A model generated the notes under the pieces. That model saw only the letters and a list, made by a program, of their open reading frames with translations. It did no database searches and had not been told where the DNA came from. Below, one piece after another: positions 1 through 12,200 of a DNA stretch of 64,000 bases. A program made the position numbers and the translations under genes. Source of the DNA: Peribolospora baueri (taxonomy: Eukaryota); contig JAMDHS010000008.1 of NCBI GenBank assembly GCA_029717555.1, positions 186,001 to 250,000 on the forward strand. Reading direction: 5' to 3'. Each line of letters starts with the position of its first letter. Position 1 is the first letter of the stretch.

Positions 1-66
1 CCTAGTATGGGGACAAAAAAAGACTACATGCGACGTCACGACTTCCACGTCATCCACCGTCGTCTC

Positions 67-2364
67 TTATTCCCCGTCGCCATGGCCCCCGCCGGCAGTA
101 CCGTCTCTCCTCTTCCGCGGCGCCCCCAACCAGATCCTCAGCTCCTCATCCTCCAGCCTGACCCCGTGCATAGACGCCAGGTGCCGTCGGAGGTCGTACA
201 CGCGTGAGAAGCGATATTGGCAAGGATCGGTCAGATCTCTGTCATCTTCAACGTCGACGTCGTCGTCGTCATCGTCGTTCGTCTCCTTGCTCGCGTCCGA
301 TCCTGATGTTTCGCAGCGGCGACATCGCACAGGCGCCGTCGCCACCGGTCCGTGCACAGGAGACGTAGCCCGTCCGGCGGTGCTGGGCGAGATGGGCGCG
401 CTTGCAGTGGCGTCTGGATCTGATTCAAGGCCTTCGAGGACGATCGTGGGCCAAGGACAAGCGTAAACGCGCAGACGAGGGCCGGCGCTCTGACTTCTGC
501 GTCTTCCGTTTCCGTCCACGGGCGTCGTCGTCTCGGCAGCTTGGTCATCGTTTGAGGGAGCGTATCCAGCACCGGTGAGAAGGTCCACCTTGGATCGTTT
601 CGATCCCCTCGATGCCGGAGTTCGAGATACGGAACGAGCTCGTTTGCGGCCATTCATCAACGTCGTTGCCGAGTCGCCACGAGAACGAGAGTCCGTGCGG
701 GAAGAAGCGTCGTCGCTCGCCTCTCGGTCATTCGCTCCGTTCGTCCTAGACCTGTCGGCGTCCGAGTACACCTCTGCTGCCTCCTCAACTCCTTTCGCCG
801 CGTCACGGTCATGCAACTTGCCATGTCGGAGGAGAAGGTGCTTGTGTCCAAAAGCTTTTCCGCAGACCTTGCCGTTGACTTCACGGTCGCAGACGAAGGG
901 ACGAAGGCCGAGATGAGCCGTGTTCACATGCGTCCGAAGAGCATACGCCTGGCGAAGAAGAGGCAAAAACACGGGGCATCGACGAAGGCGTCAGCCATCG
1001 CTTTGCTTCATGGCGAGTGACCTCTTTGTTGCGCACATCAAGCGTTCGCCGACTCACAGACTTGAAAGCCTTGTCGCATGCCTCCCAATCGCAGACATGG
1101 TCTCTCCCGCGCTGACCACCCCCCAAGCGCTTCGCCTCGTCCTCTCCCTCCCCATCTTCACTCTCTCCGGATACTGCACTTCTCTCCTCGCTCAACAGTC
1201 GACGCCTCTTCTCTTCCATTTTCCGATCCTCGTGCGCCATCAGGTGTCCGCGAAGGCCGCGAGCGCTCGTGAACGTGCGTCCGCTGCACTCGGGGTACGG
1301 GCACGTGGGAGGATGGGCCTGGCGGAGGTGGGCCTGGAGGTCGGTCCAAGTACGGAAGGAGTAGACAGCGGGATTCGACGGGCCTTGAGAGGGCGGGTCA
1401 TGAGGGAGGCTGCAGACGTATCTTGAGCCTGAATCCGGCGACAGTAAACCTATATTGAGCACCACATCCCTTGATGGTTCGAGCAATCACACAGAGACAA
1501 TAATTGCGCACCATCATGTGTTCTCTCATGTTTGCGCAGCTTGCTCCCCGTCGGGAAGCTCTTCTCGCACCCTTCATGTGAGCATTCAAACGGCCTGGTG
1601 CCAGGCGCATTGTGCGCCTCGGCGACGTGCTCACGAAGCTGCTTGTGTTTGGCGAACGATTCGGGACAGTTAGGTTTGGGGCACTGGAGCGGGAAGCGAA
1701 GACGGGGACGACCGAGGTGTAAGTTCCGAAATCCAAACGAAGTAGTGCAGATACACATGTGGTGGTACGCCATGAGAGCCCACCTCAAAAGCGTTCTCCC
1801 CGTCATGCGCATCTGTATGCCTCTTCAAATGCTGCGCCGTCCAAAACCGTTTACCGCATGCTGGGCGATCACATCTGAAAGGCTTGTTGTCACTCGGTTG
1901 GTGTGTCCTCGCGTGCGCGTGGAGGTGCGATTCACGACGGTAAGTGTTCGAACAATGCAGACAAGCAAAGGGGCGCTATAGGAGGCGTAAAAAGAGCAAG
2001 TGTGAGAGGGCAGGACTGTGGAGCGAGGGGCGGGAGAGGGACATGACATCGGATGCTCCACACCTACTTCGCCAGTGTGCACGCGATAATGCTCGTCCAG
2101 CCTTGTAGGCTTGGAATAGACCTTGTCACAGCCCTCCCAAGTGCATGTGTAAATCTTCCTGCGACCCCCCTTTGTAACCGTTTCACTGTCTCCCTGACAT
2201 GCTCGAGCCGAGCTTTCGAGCTCTGCGGCCCACCGCGGATCGCCGGCTCGGACGAGTCTGCCGTTCACGAGGACGACGCTGCCAACTGCGAGCGCCGAGG
2301 TCGCTTTGGAGGTCGACGGTGACGGTGACGGCGGCGAGGGCCTAGTGACGATGGCTGCGGGCAT
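67..2364 (-). CDS. PZF1: Transcription factor IIIA-like multi-C2H2 zinc-finger protein (spliced)
   Basis: ATG at 2364 (MPAAIVTR). Joined exons give about nine tandem fingers (CTWEGC..HYRVH-TGE/RPF, CLHC, CDRPAC, CPKPNC, CSHEGC, WTDLQAHLRQAHPPTCPYPEC, CDWEAC, CDREVNGKVC) plus a C-terminal CQYRFSRVYDLRRHLASMH. TAA at 67-69. Confidence 0.8.
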
Positions 2365-2910
2365 TTTGGCGGACTGGGCTCCGCGCCAGCGCACGTTGTC
2401 GCCTGTGGTGATGACCAGCTCGGTGTTGAGAAGGGGGTTGAGGGCGAAGGATAATCTTCGAACGAGGGTGCCTAAAAGAAGCACCATCTACCGCAGCAGC
2501 TCGGAACGCTCTCACAAAGGACGGGCGTTCCTCCTCGCCGTCGCCAGACACGCACAGCAAACCCTAGTTGCTCTTTTTAATGTCAGACCCTTTACCCCTG
2601 TGATGCGTGTATGCTGGCTGGGCGATTAAGCATTGCTTCGAAGAGATGAAAAGTCAAGGCCCTGCCTACGCTTTCCTCACAGACGTCCCGATCACCCTGG
2701 CTCTGGCACCTAAGCCCTGGCGGGGCATGCTGCGGCAACATGGGCCGATCATCCTTCACCGCTTCCCATCACACCACCGCCGTTCGTCACCACCATCACC
2801 ATCACCATCCCCATCACTTCTCTCTCACTTTTCACTCTCCTTTCCGGCTTTTCACCCTTTGCTCCGTCTTTTTGCCTGCTTGCGCTCCCTTTTGTCTCTC
2901 CGGCAAAATC

Positions 2911-4267
2911 ATGGACACCTCCGAACTAGAGACATACAAGTACCAGCTCTCCCAGGTCGAGCTTGCCCTTGCTAAAGACCCGTCCTCGTCGGAGCTGCTC
3001 AATCTCAAACAAGAGCTCACCAACCTCATCGACCTTACCGTCTCGTACCTAAGCACGCAGAAGCAACAACAGCAAAGTGGAACGTCTTCGTCTTCCGCCC
3101 TTGCCTCAGCTTCCCCTTCCGTCGCCACTCCCACCCTCGCGTCCTCTCCATCCCGGTCCTCGCCTGCCGCTTCCGTGAAAGCCGGCGCTAAAGGAAGCGT
3201 TGGAAATGGCGGTGGAAAGGATACCCTGACGGCGAGGGCTGCTAGTCCCGTCCAGGGTACCGTCAAGTTTGCTGCTGGTGATGAGGTGCAGGCCAAGTAT
3301 TCGGTAAGTCTTTTGTTTGGCCTTTTGGCATCGTCGAACCGCTCGCTGGCGTCAGAGGCTGGATTGTGTCAGCTGGATGCTTGGCGATCTGGCTTTTCAA
3401 CTGTCACCAACCATAGCTTTTGCTTCATCTCTCGTCTTCCCCATTCTTTTTCCTGCTGGATCCGCTCGCGCGCGCATTCAGGGCGATGGGCGTTGGTACC
3501 CAGCAAAAGTAATTTCCGTGTCCGGTTCAGAGCAGGCTCCTGTCTACTCTATCATCTTCAAGGGTGAGTCTCAGTGCCTGTGTGTCCACATCTTAGGAAA
3601 TGGAAACATTTCTTGCTCGATTGGGCGCATATACTTGGGCGCATATACTGACGCCTCGTGAACCAATCACTCTCCGCCGCTCAGGTTACAACAACACAGA
3701 AGTCGTCAACGCCTCCTCTCTCCGACCAAACACCGGAGGTGCCGACAAGGGAAAGAAGCGGGCCGCAGGCTTGACACCTGAGGAGGAGGCGGAGAAGGAG
3801 AAGAGGCGGAAGAAGAACGAGAAGAAGGCGGAAAGCCGGTGAGTGCACGGATCGACCCGTCTCGCATCTTGGTGGCGCGAGATTGTCGCCAATCGTGTGG
3901 CCGTTCTCACTCTCTATTCTCTATCTTCGTCTTGAACCATCCCACCATGCAGAGCAACCAAGAGCCAAGAGATGTTGGAGAAGCAGAACGCGTGGGCCAA
4001 GTTTGCGAAGAAGAAAGCGACCATTGTCCCCGGCGTCAGTGGCAAGAGCATGTTTAAGACGGGCGACGAACCGGGTTCAAGAGGTGAGTTCGGATGTCCT
4101 CGAATAGACTCATCCTATATGTTTAAGTCATTTTGTGTGGATAATAGTTGTTCACAAGATTTCTTCACTTCTCTTACTTCGTGGCGTCCACAGTCGGCGT
4201 TGTAGGTTCTGGACGAGGCATGTCCGAGACGAAAGCACGCAAGAGGCATATCTTCGGTGACGAATGA
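2911..4267 (+). CDS. SPF30: SPF30/SMNDC1-like Tudor-domain splicing factor
   Basis: MDTSELETYKYQLSQVELAL N-terminus; Tudor segment FAAGDEVQAKYS/GDGRWYPAKV/YSIIFKGYNNTE; C-terminal KQNAWAKF..KSMFKT..SRVGVVGSGRGMS; canonical GT-AG introns. Confidence 0.85.
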
Positions 4268-4970
4268 TCTCTTCCATCTCGGCCGTGTACGCCTTCCCAT
4301 TCAAACCCGAGTATTCACCTCGTCTCCCTTTTCTCCGTTCTGCGACGGCCATGGCGAGCGAAACCGTCCGGTCCAAGTCTGAGACGGCCGCTTCATTGGC
4401 TTTACGCATGAGTGCCGGGCTCACGTCCGTCCTCGAGCATGTAGGTGAAACGTCGTTCTAACACGTCCTCAAGGAGCATAATGCAGTAGATGAATCCATT
4501 TCCGTTCACCCGGCACTCGCCCTGTTCCTGGCCATCGGCCGTGCGTTTGTGAAGATAGTAGGCTCATGGCCGCATGCGCTTTCTCATTTGCACATCTGCA
4601 CACGAGCCTGCCGACGGAGCTTGACACAATCCGTTCTTTTTTTTCCTGGTGCTGAAACAGCCGTTGGCGACTGGCAGCCACAGACAGACAGGTTGACGTT
4701 CGGGTGCTATGCCTCAGGTCGCGTAATTCAGATGACGCTCTGATCTGACCGGATGTCATTTGTCTCCTTCAGATTTTGAGAACTTTGATTGGATACCGCA
4801 GGTACATAGTCCGCGCGATTCTTCGTTCACGACCAATCAAATGGGAACCGTCGATGACATTGCGACCATTGCGATGAGCCGAAATTGCGGAAGTCCGGAC
4901 AAGCATCGAAAGCGAATGCGCAGTGGAGTAGAAGAGCATAACGAAATCCAAGAGGTTTGACCGGAATTTA

Positions 4971-7900
4971 CTACGAGGTTGCACGGAAGGACCAGGCGGT
5001 GCCCACGGCGGCGGCCACAATGGAGAGGGTCAGAATAACAAAGTCCAGAACCCAGCGCGTCCATGAGAGCTGGCGACCGAAGAGCTTGAGATCTGTTTTA
5101 GGGTCAAAGACTCCGGAATGTGAACGAATGCGCTTCACACGGATCGCTCGCGGAGACCAGCGGCGTACTCACTAGCCAAGAGTGGGCCGATGACACAGCT
5201 CGCGAACGCGAGAAGCGAGCCAAGGAACGCCATCACCCTATCGAAACCCGGGACGGCTGGAGGGGCGTGGAGAAATGAAGGAAGCGCAAGTTCAGTAAGG
5301 GACGTCGGATGGGTAACGTGAGAGTTGCGTCGTAGCGCGCGGCGGCAAAGGTTGAATTACTGACCGATGGCGGTCATAACGATCACGGCGGTGACGCCGA
5401 CGGTGATGCATGTTCTCGCGAAGGCCTGTGCCTTGTCGCTCTTCCATGCGGACGACTTTTCTTGTTTCAAGCCTTCCGCCTCCGCCCTGCTCACGTCGCT
5501 GCTGGCCAAGTCGGAAGCGAATCGGGACCCGTCGGTGACGAGGGAGGAGTAACCGAGGCCGTTCGGGCTAGCGCTACCGCTGGACGAAGCGAAGAGGACA
5601 ATGGCCGAAGGGGCGCTGGCTCGTCTTCGCTGGCGGAAGGATGAGCCGCCGCCTCCGGTGGGGGTGCAGGGCTTTTGGCGCCTGTTGCCGATCGGTAAGG
5701 CAGAAGAAGGCGTAGAGGGAGGCTCAACGCCACAGAGAAGCTCGATGGTCGTGTTGACCGGGCGGGTGGCGAGGGCGAACTTGGCCAGAGGGTTGATGAC
5801 GATCAGCCAGATCGCTAGCTGGGTCAGCCCACGAGGGTAGCCTGGCGTACGGACGATATCGCGGGTAATCTGGAGAAACGACGAGCGGCTGTTAGCCCGG
5901 ACAAGCTTGCTATGAGGAACGATGAACCGCTCGACGATCAGCTCACCTCGTCCGACACGTCTTGGCCGAACATGAAATAGCCTATGACTCCCATGAGCAT
6001 ATAAACTGCAAAAAGAAAGCGAGACGTAGCGTCAGACGGACATTGTGGGACAGGTCGCCAACCTGGGGGCGTGGGCTCACTAGACGTGGTGGCTAAATAA
6101 GCCAGGTCGAGCATCTTGTTGAACTTTTCCGGTTCGCGCATGTCTCTGAGCAGGCTCGGAATGACGGGGTGACTGGAGAAGCCGGCCATGATGAGGCCAA
6201 AGGCCAGCGGGAAGCTTGACCAGCGCGGCCACAGGCTCGTCTCTGCCGGGCTTCGAAGGCTACCCGGTGCGTCGGGCTTGACGATCCCGTCGACGAGGAC
6301 GACAATGAATAAGGCTGCGAGGCGCATGATCAATCAAAAGCCAAAAGTCAAGACATAGGGTCGAACGTATGGGACGGACTTGGATACTCACTGAAGGTAG
6401 AAAAGATGCCGACGATGGACGTGACAGACAGCCACCGCAAGGGAAGAAAGACGGTAGGGAGGACGAGGAAGAAGCCGATAACCTTAAAGACTGTAGGCGA
6501 CCAGACGCCGAGAATGGCGTATAGCTGGATTTGTGCGTGAGATAGAGAAAAAGAGAGAGATATAGGGAGCGCCCATCCCATGCCCGTCCGTCAGCAGTAG
6601 TGCTCGTGCGGCAAAGCGACGGCGGATGGGGTAAACTCACCGAGTCGCCAAAGAGGATGACGAGGGCGACGGAGACTGCAAAGAGTTCCATGCAGAAGAG
6701 CAGGCTGACTACGATCTTGGCCTTGTGACCAAAGGCAAAGCTGCCAATGTCGGCGTAGGTGCGCAGAGAAGGCTCCAACGACATGATGCGTGCGAGAACC
6801 TTGCCGCTGCACACAGACAGGGAGGGTGGAACCAGGCTTAGGAGGACACGGCGGCAATCTGGGATGGGACGACGTCAAGCGGGTTTGGAAACTCACGTAT
6901 AGTTGGTGAGAGCGCCACATCCGAGAATGAGGAGCACGCCGCCTACCCAGCCTGCGTGGGCGAAGGCCAGTGGCTCGGACCTAGAGAGAAGGAGACGAGC
7001 GGGGAGAAGCCTTCAGCAGACAGACAGGTGAGGCTACAAAAGCGGACGTGACGACTCACAGAATGCCCACTCCGATCTGACAAAGGACCAACGAAACCAA
7101 ACAAAACGTCCGATCAGAATCGCCCGTACACATACGGATACGGGAAGACACGCTGAGATGGCGGCACGAGTCTACGAAGCCATTCTCACGACACCCACCA
7201 AAGCGTTGACGCAGTTGAACAAGCTCTGCCCAAAAGTGCTCGTGCCTCTCGGTGGCAGCGACGGCCCTACCGACGGTCCGCCAACCGTGCTTCCCCTCTT
7301 GCCGCCGGCGCTACGCACGCTGCTGCCTCCGCCGGTGGAGTAGCCGGAGCTGCGCCTGCGCAAGCGACCGCTGCCGACTCTGCTCATGCTGTTGGAGCTC
7401 TTGGCCCTCTTGAGCAGCGGCGTGGACTCGGTCACCGCTTCCGCCCGGAGCAGAGAAGGATCGACGGTCGTAGAATGCTGGTGCTCCTGGGGCGATGGAG
7501 GAGACAGGGACGCTTTCGACGCGGTGGGCGTCTTGAAAGGGATGGAGCCTTCTTCGCCTTCTTCGGCATTGAGCGCCGAGCCGTCCAGCGCACCCATCGC
7601 GGCCAATGGGAGGTCCTTCACCTTCCGCTTGGTTTCCCAGTCGCGATCGGCAGCATTTCGTCCAGCCCGTCCGCCCAATCCAGAGGCGGTAGCGATCCTG
7701 GCAGCGGAGGAGAAGGGAGACACCTCCGGGCTGCGCTGGCTCCTGCTCGGTCTTCGGGAACGGCCTCGACGTCCGTCCGCATCTTCGTCCCCTTCCTCCT
7801 CCTCCTCTTTCCAATCTTCATCTCCCCGTAGACGGCGATGTCGCTCGTCTGGCGGGCTGAGGCTCGGGCCCCTCCTCTCACTGTGTGCGTTCCGGTTGCG

Positions 7901-8452
7901 GGGGGACAACCGCTGCGTAGAGCTTGGAGAGCGTCGAAGAGCCACTGCGTTCTGCCCACCTCCCCCGTCCACCGCGCCATCCCACGATGGGAACAGGGCA
8001 TGATCCTCCGAAATGCGTTCCTCCGATTCGTCGTCCTCCTCTTCATCCTCCTCGTCGATGGACTCCTCGATCGTGTCTTCCCCGTATTCCCACTCGTCCT
8101 CGTCCTCGCCCTCGTCCTCATCCTCGTCTCCGTCTCCGTCTCTGTCTCCGTCCCCCTCGCCCGCCTCTTGATCGGGAGGGCGCCGTCGCCATTGTCGCTC
8201 GGTGAAGGAGGGCGAGGTCTCGAGGTTATCGGCGTAGTAGGCCTGGGAGCGAGAGTAGGAAAACACGAGGTCTCTAAAGCGGGGAAGGAAGAGGGAGGCG
8301 AGTGAGCGCAAGCAAGCGTACGAACGTCTGTCTGTCTGGGCCGCGAGCGGTCAGTCGTCGGCGATGGCTCACAAGGAACTCCTCCACGGAGTGGAAGGCG
8401 AAGGAGGTGCCGGTCCTCGCTGGTTGGGGACATCGACTGCCCCGTTGGCCAT
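4971..8452 (-). CDS. AVT1: Vacuolar amino acid transporter (Aa_trans family, AVT1-like)
   Basis: MANGAVDVP start at 8452; long acidic/Ser-rich N-tail; STFGQSLFNCVNAL-IGVGILSEPLAFAHAGW, LRTYADIGSFAFG, FGLIMAGFSSHPVIPSL, INPLAKFAL, PGFDRVMAFLGS; stop TAG at 4971-4973. Confidence 0.88.
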
Positions 8453-9272
8453 GGAGGATCAGAATCGGGCTCGCCACGGTCACCGTCACCGTCGCACGGG
8501 GTGGCAAGAACGGGCGAGCGGTCGGCGGAGGGGTGTAGTTGAGGACGAGCGAGCGGGGCAGACGTGAAGAGGAGAAAGAAAAAAAGAAAAAAAGCAAAGG
8601 CAAACCAAAGACAAAAAGTCGTCGACAAGTGTGTTCTTTCTATCGCGTCGCCTTTCCCAATCGTCGGTTTTGCCCCCTTCGGTCTTATCGCCCCCTCCGC
8701 GTTCCCCGTTCGCGTGACCCGGCAAGAAAGATCCAGATGGTGGGACTTGTCTTGCCACGTGATCTTTATCAGCCACGTGAGACGCCGGCAGCAGGTTAAA
8801 CACCGAAGCATGAAGCAGACGCCGTTGATGCTGATCATGCATAATACGGATTGTATTAAGTCGGCCCATCGTCGACACACATCCCCGTTTCACCGTGTTG
8901 AGCCATTATGACGTGTTCTTCGTCGTCTCGCGTCTCGCTTCCTCGCACATCGCGCCTCGCGCAAGGTCCTAAAGGAGGAGAGACACAAACGAGCATGCTG
9001 CGTGGGTGGTAGAATACATGCGGCGGTTCTTACGAGCTGATCGGCCATCCTTGCATGCGGGCGGGCGCGGAAGCGAGAAACGCGGGCCGAGCGGGGGAGG
9101 TCCGGCATGCAACAACAAGACCGAGGCGGCAGAGACGAGACGAGGTCACGAGTGAGCATGAAAAGAACAAGACCAAGAACAAGAAGGACAACGTCGTCGT
9201 CGTCACCAGTCTCGTCGGCGCTGGTGGACGGACGACCACTGCGACTCAGAACCGCTTCTACGCCGCACCCGT

Positions 9273-12200
9273 TCAACTCCTGCTCGCCGTGTTCCTCCAC
9301 TGCATGTACGGCTGGCGAGCGGCCTCGGCGGCGACCGCCTTACCGCGCGCCGACCGACGTGCGTCTCCCTGTGGGGGGCCGGAAAGGTCCTGTGAAAACG
9401 ATAGGCCGAAAGGCGACCACAGCCGAGAGTGATGACGATCAGCAGATGACGGGGAAAACAAAAAAAAAAAAAGCAAGCGCCGGACGGCCGCTCACATTCA
9501 TCCTCTTCCTCATACCCGGACCGATGTAAGGCCGGAACTTGAGCAGCTGAGCCTTGAAGGCGCACTCTCGGAGGCCCTTGACGCGCAGCCAGGAGATGAG
9601 TTCCTCGACCTGAGAAGGAGGAGATGGTGGAGGAAAGACGGAAACGGGATCGATCGTCAAGCGCCCGTCACGCATTTCCAAAGGCCAAGAACGGAACAGG
9701 TGGTGGCGGGGCAGGCACTCACGTCATCGGCGTCAGTGTACACCGCCCACTCGTCCGGCTCGAGCATGCCGTCCTCGCCTTCCTCCAGCCGCCTCCTCTC
9801 CTTGACTTCTTCCTCCCCCCTCTCGGCCACCATGGCCTCCCACTCGGACATGCTCGGTCCCTGGATGAACAACCTGCCCGTGCCGTACACCACGCCGCCT
9901 CCTTGACCGAGCAAGCCGGCAGCGCCGACGCCGTCGAACCACCAATACCGATTGAAGAACCTGTCCCGGCCCAGCGGTCGGTGTCGGGGCACGGCGAGGT
10001 TCTTCCTAAACTCTCGCTCGATCGCCTCCTCTCTCTTGAGCAGCCTATGCTCCTCCTCGTCAATCTTCCGTTTCGCCTCGGCCAGCTGCTTGCTCTCCGC
10101 CGTCTTGGCCCGCATCGCTTCGCGCTGTCGAGCGCGCTCCTCCGCCCGAGCCGCCTCCTGCGCCTCCCGAGCTAGCGCCCTCTCCCGCAGCTTCACTTGC
10201 CGGGACGCGCCCGTGGACCGACGAAGGATGCCGTCGACGGGCGTGTCGCGCGACCCACCGTCCGAGTCGTTCCCGCCCCGCTCCGAGTCCGCGGGCCGAT
10301 TCGAATACTCTTCGTCGTCGTCCGAGTCCGCCAACTCGTCTTTCTCCTCCTCCTCTTCGTCCTCCTCCTCCGACGCCTCAGCCTCACCCACGTCCATGCC
10401 GACGCCCTCCGACGAGTTCTCGCGCTCGACTTCCGCCTTGAGTTCCTCGTCCACCGACGCGTCCACCTCGGCCTTCATCTCCCCATCGCCGTCCACATCT
10501 TCCGCCGCCCCTCCTCCCTGGCCGTCCCCCTCTTGGCGCGGCTCCTTCTTGCGGCCATCCAACGTCGCCCTCTCATCCGCCCTGCTCGCGGAACGACAAA
10601 AAACAAAATTAACTAAGCAACGATCGACTCGCTCTCGCCGTCGCTCGCCCCGCTTCGAAAAAAAACACAACTCACAAGCGCTTCCTTTCCCTACCAATCT
10701 CCACCCTCTCCTTTCTCAGCTCCGTCAAGGCAGCCTCACAATCCTCCATGTACGCTTTGAGCGGCTTGGTGAGCACAGCGAGCTCGCAGAGGAAGAGGAT
10801 ACACGACAGCTTGTCGCCCATCGCCAGGGTCGGGTACGCTTCCGCGGGCATGGTCGACGACGAGCTGGGCGTCGGCGCCGTCGCTGTCGCGGTAGGAGAG
10901 GAAGGTTCGGTTCCGCTCAGGTGAGCAAGGATAGGCATCAGCCTAGGCATCGTGGCGACGGTGGCGCACTGTCAAGCGAGACGAAACGTTCCATTCGAAG
11001 AATTGTTCTATCAGCCACCCACTCCCTCCGAGCACACGTCCCTCCGCCCACCTTCCCCCCTCGCCCACGCCTCACCTTAGTCAAGCATCCGACCAACGCG
11101 GCCTCCCAGCCCTTGCGATGATCGCTCGACTTGAGCGCCTTCCTATCCCAACCGGAGCCAGCGGTTCGACCGGCGGCCAAGAGCTTGCTCTCGGCGCCGA
11201 CGAGGTCGTCGGATTCGGCCGCGTGGCCATCGACAGAGCTCCTTCTGCTTGCCCCGCCGGACGCGCTCGTCTGCCATTCCTCCCCCTCGCCCGCGCCCGC
11301 CGCCGCCGCTGCGCCCCTGCCAGCGACGGCGGCGGTCGAAGCGAGGCCCTTGACGTGACCGCCGTCACGGATGATGACGTTGAGGAGCACGCCGTGGATT
11401 TCGGAAACGAGCTGACAAGGAGGGTCGCGCGTGCTGTGGCGAAGGGCGGCCTCGTAGTCGTCCAAAGTGAAGGGCGATATCTGGAGCGGTTTCCTGTGAA
11501 GCGTACGAGATGGGAAGGAGGACGACCGTCAGAGCTGGGCCGACCCCATCGATCCACCGACCGGACTCACCCCATGCTCATCAAGAAGCTCCACGTCATC
11601 AGAAGCGGCTCCAACAGTTCCTTGGGCACGGGAAGCTCCCGGCTCGGGTTCGGCCTCGTCCTCCTACGCGGCACCTCGCCCGCGATCTTGGCCTTGAGCT
11701 CGCGCTCGGAGGCTGGGTCGACCTCGAGGTCCTCGATGGGATATTTGATGAGCCTCTTCCTTTCCGCCCGTTCCCTCTCCAGCGCCTTCTCCTTCTCCTT
11801 GCGCTCCCTCTCTTCCTCGCGAGCCCGGCGTTTTTCCTCTTCCAGACGTTTGGCTTCTGACAGAGAAAAAGAAGGGAAGAAACGAGCAAGTTGCGATTCG
11901 ATTTCGACGTGAGCCATCTCGAACCAGCCCGCCGGGGTAGGAACTGTGAACGCGCCGAGCTCGCTCGACTCACCAAGATCCGGCTTCTTTTTCTTGTGGC
12001 TCTTCCTCGGTGGCACGTCCTCTCCTACGATCTGAACCGCGTCCAAAAAATAAAATGAAATGAGTGGATAAACAAAAAAAAAGACGAGACGAGACGACTA
12101 CGCGCGCACCTTCTTCCTCTTGAGCAGCTTCTGCTCCTTAATCTCCTCGTTCCGATCGATCGTGCCCTGGTTCGGCACGGTGGGGATGCCGTACCGCTCG

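Noticed and set aside
2788..2817. Poly-His N-terminal extension of SPF30
   Set aside because: The CAC/CAT repeat lies in pyrimidine-rich leader sequence upstream of the conserved start at 2911, which has a good AAAATC-ATG context, so it is more likely UTR.
9952..11121. Long antisense ORFs here and at 7386-8003, 43311-44090 and 50226-51359
   Set aside because: They are shadows of GC-rich coding exons on the other strand, with low-complexity translations and no motifs.
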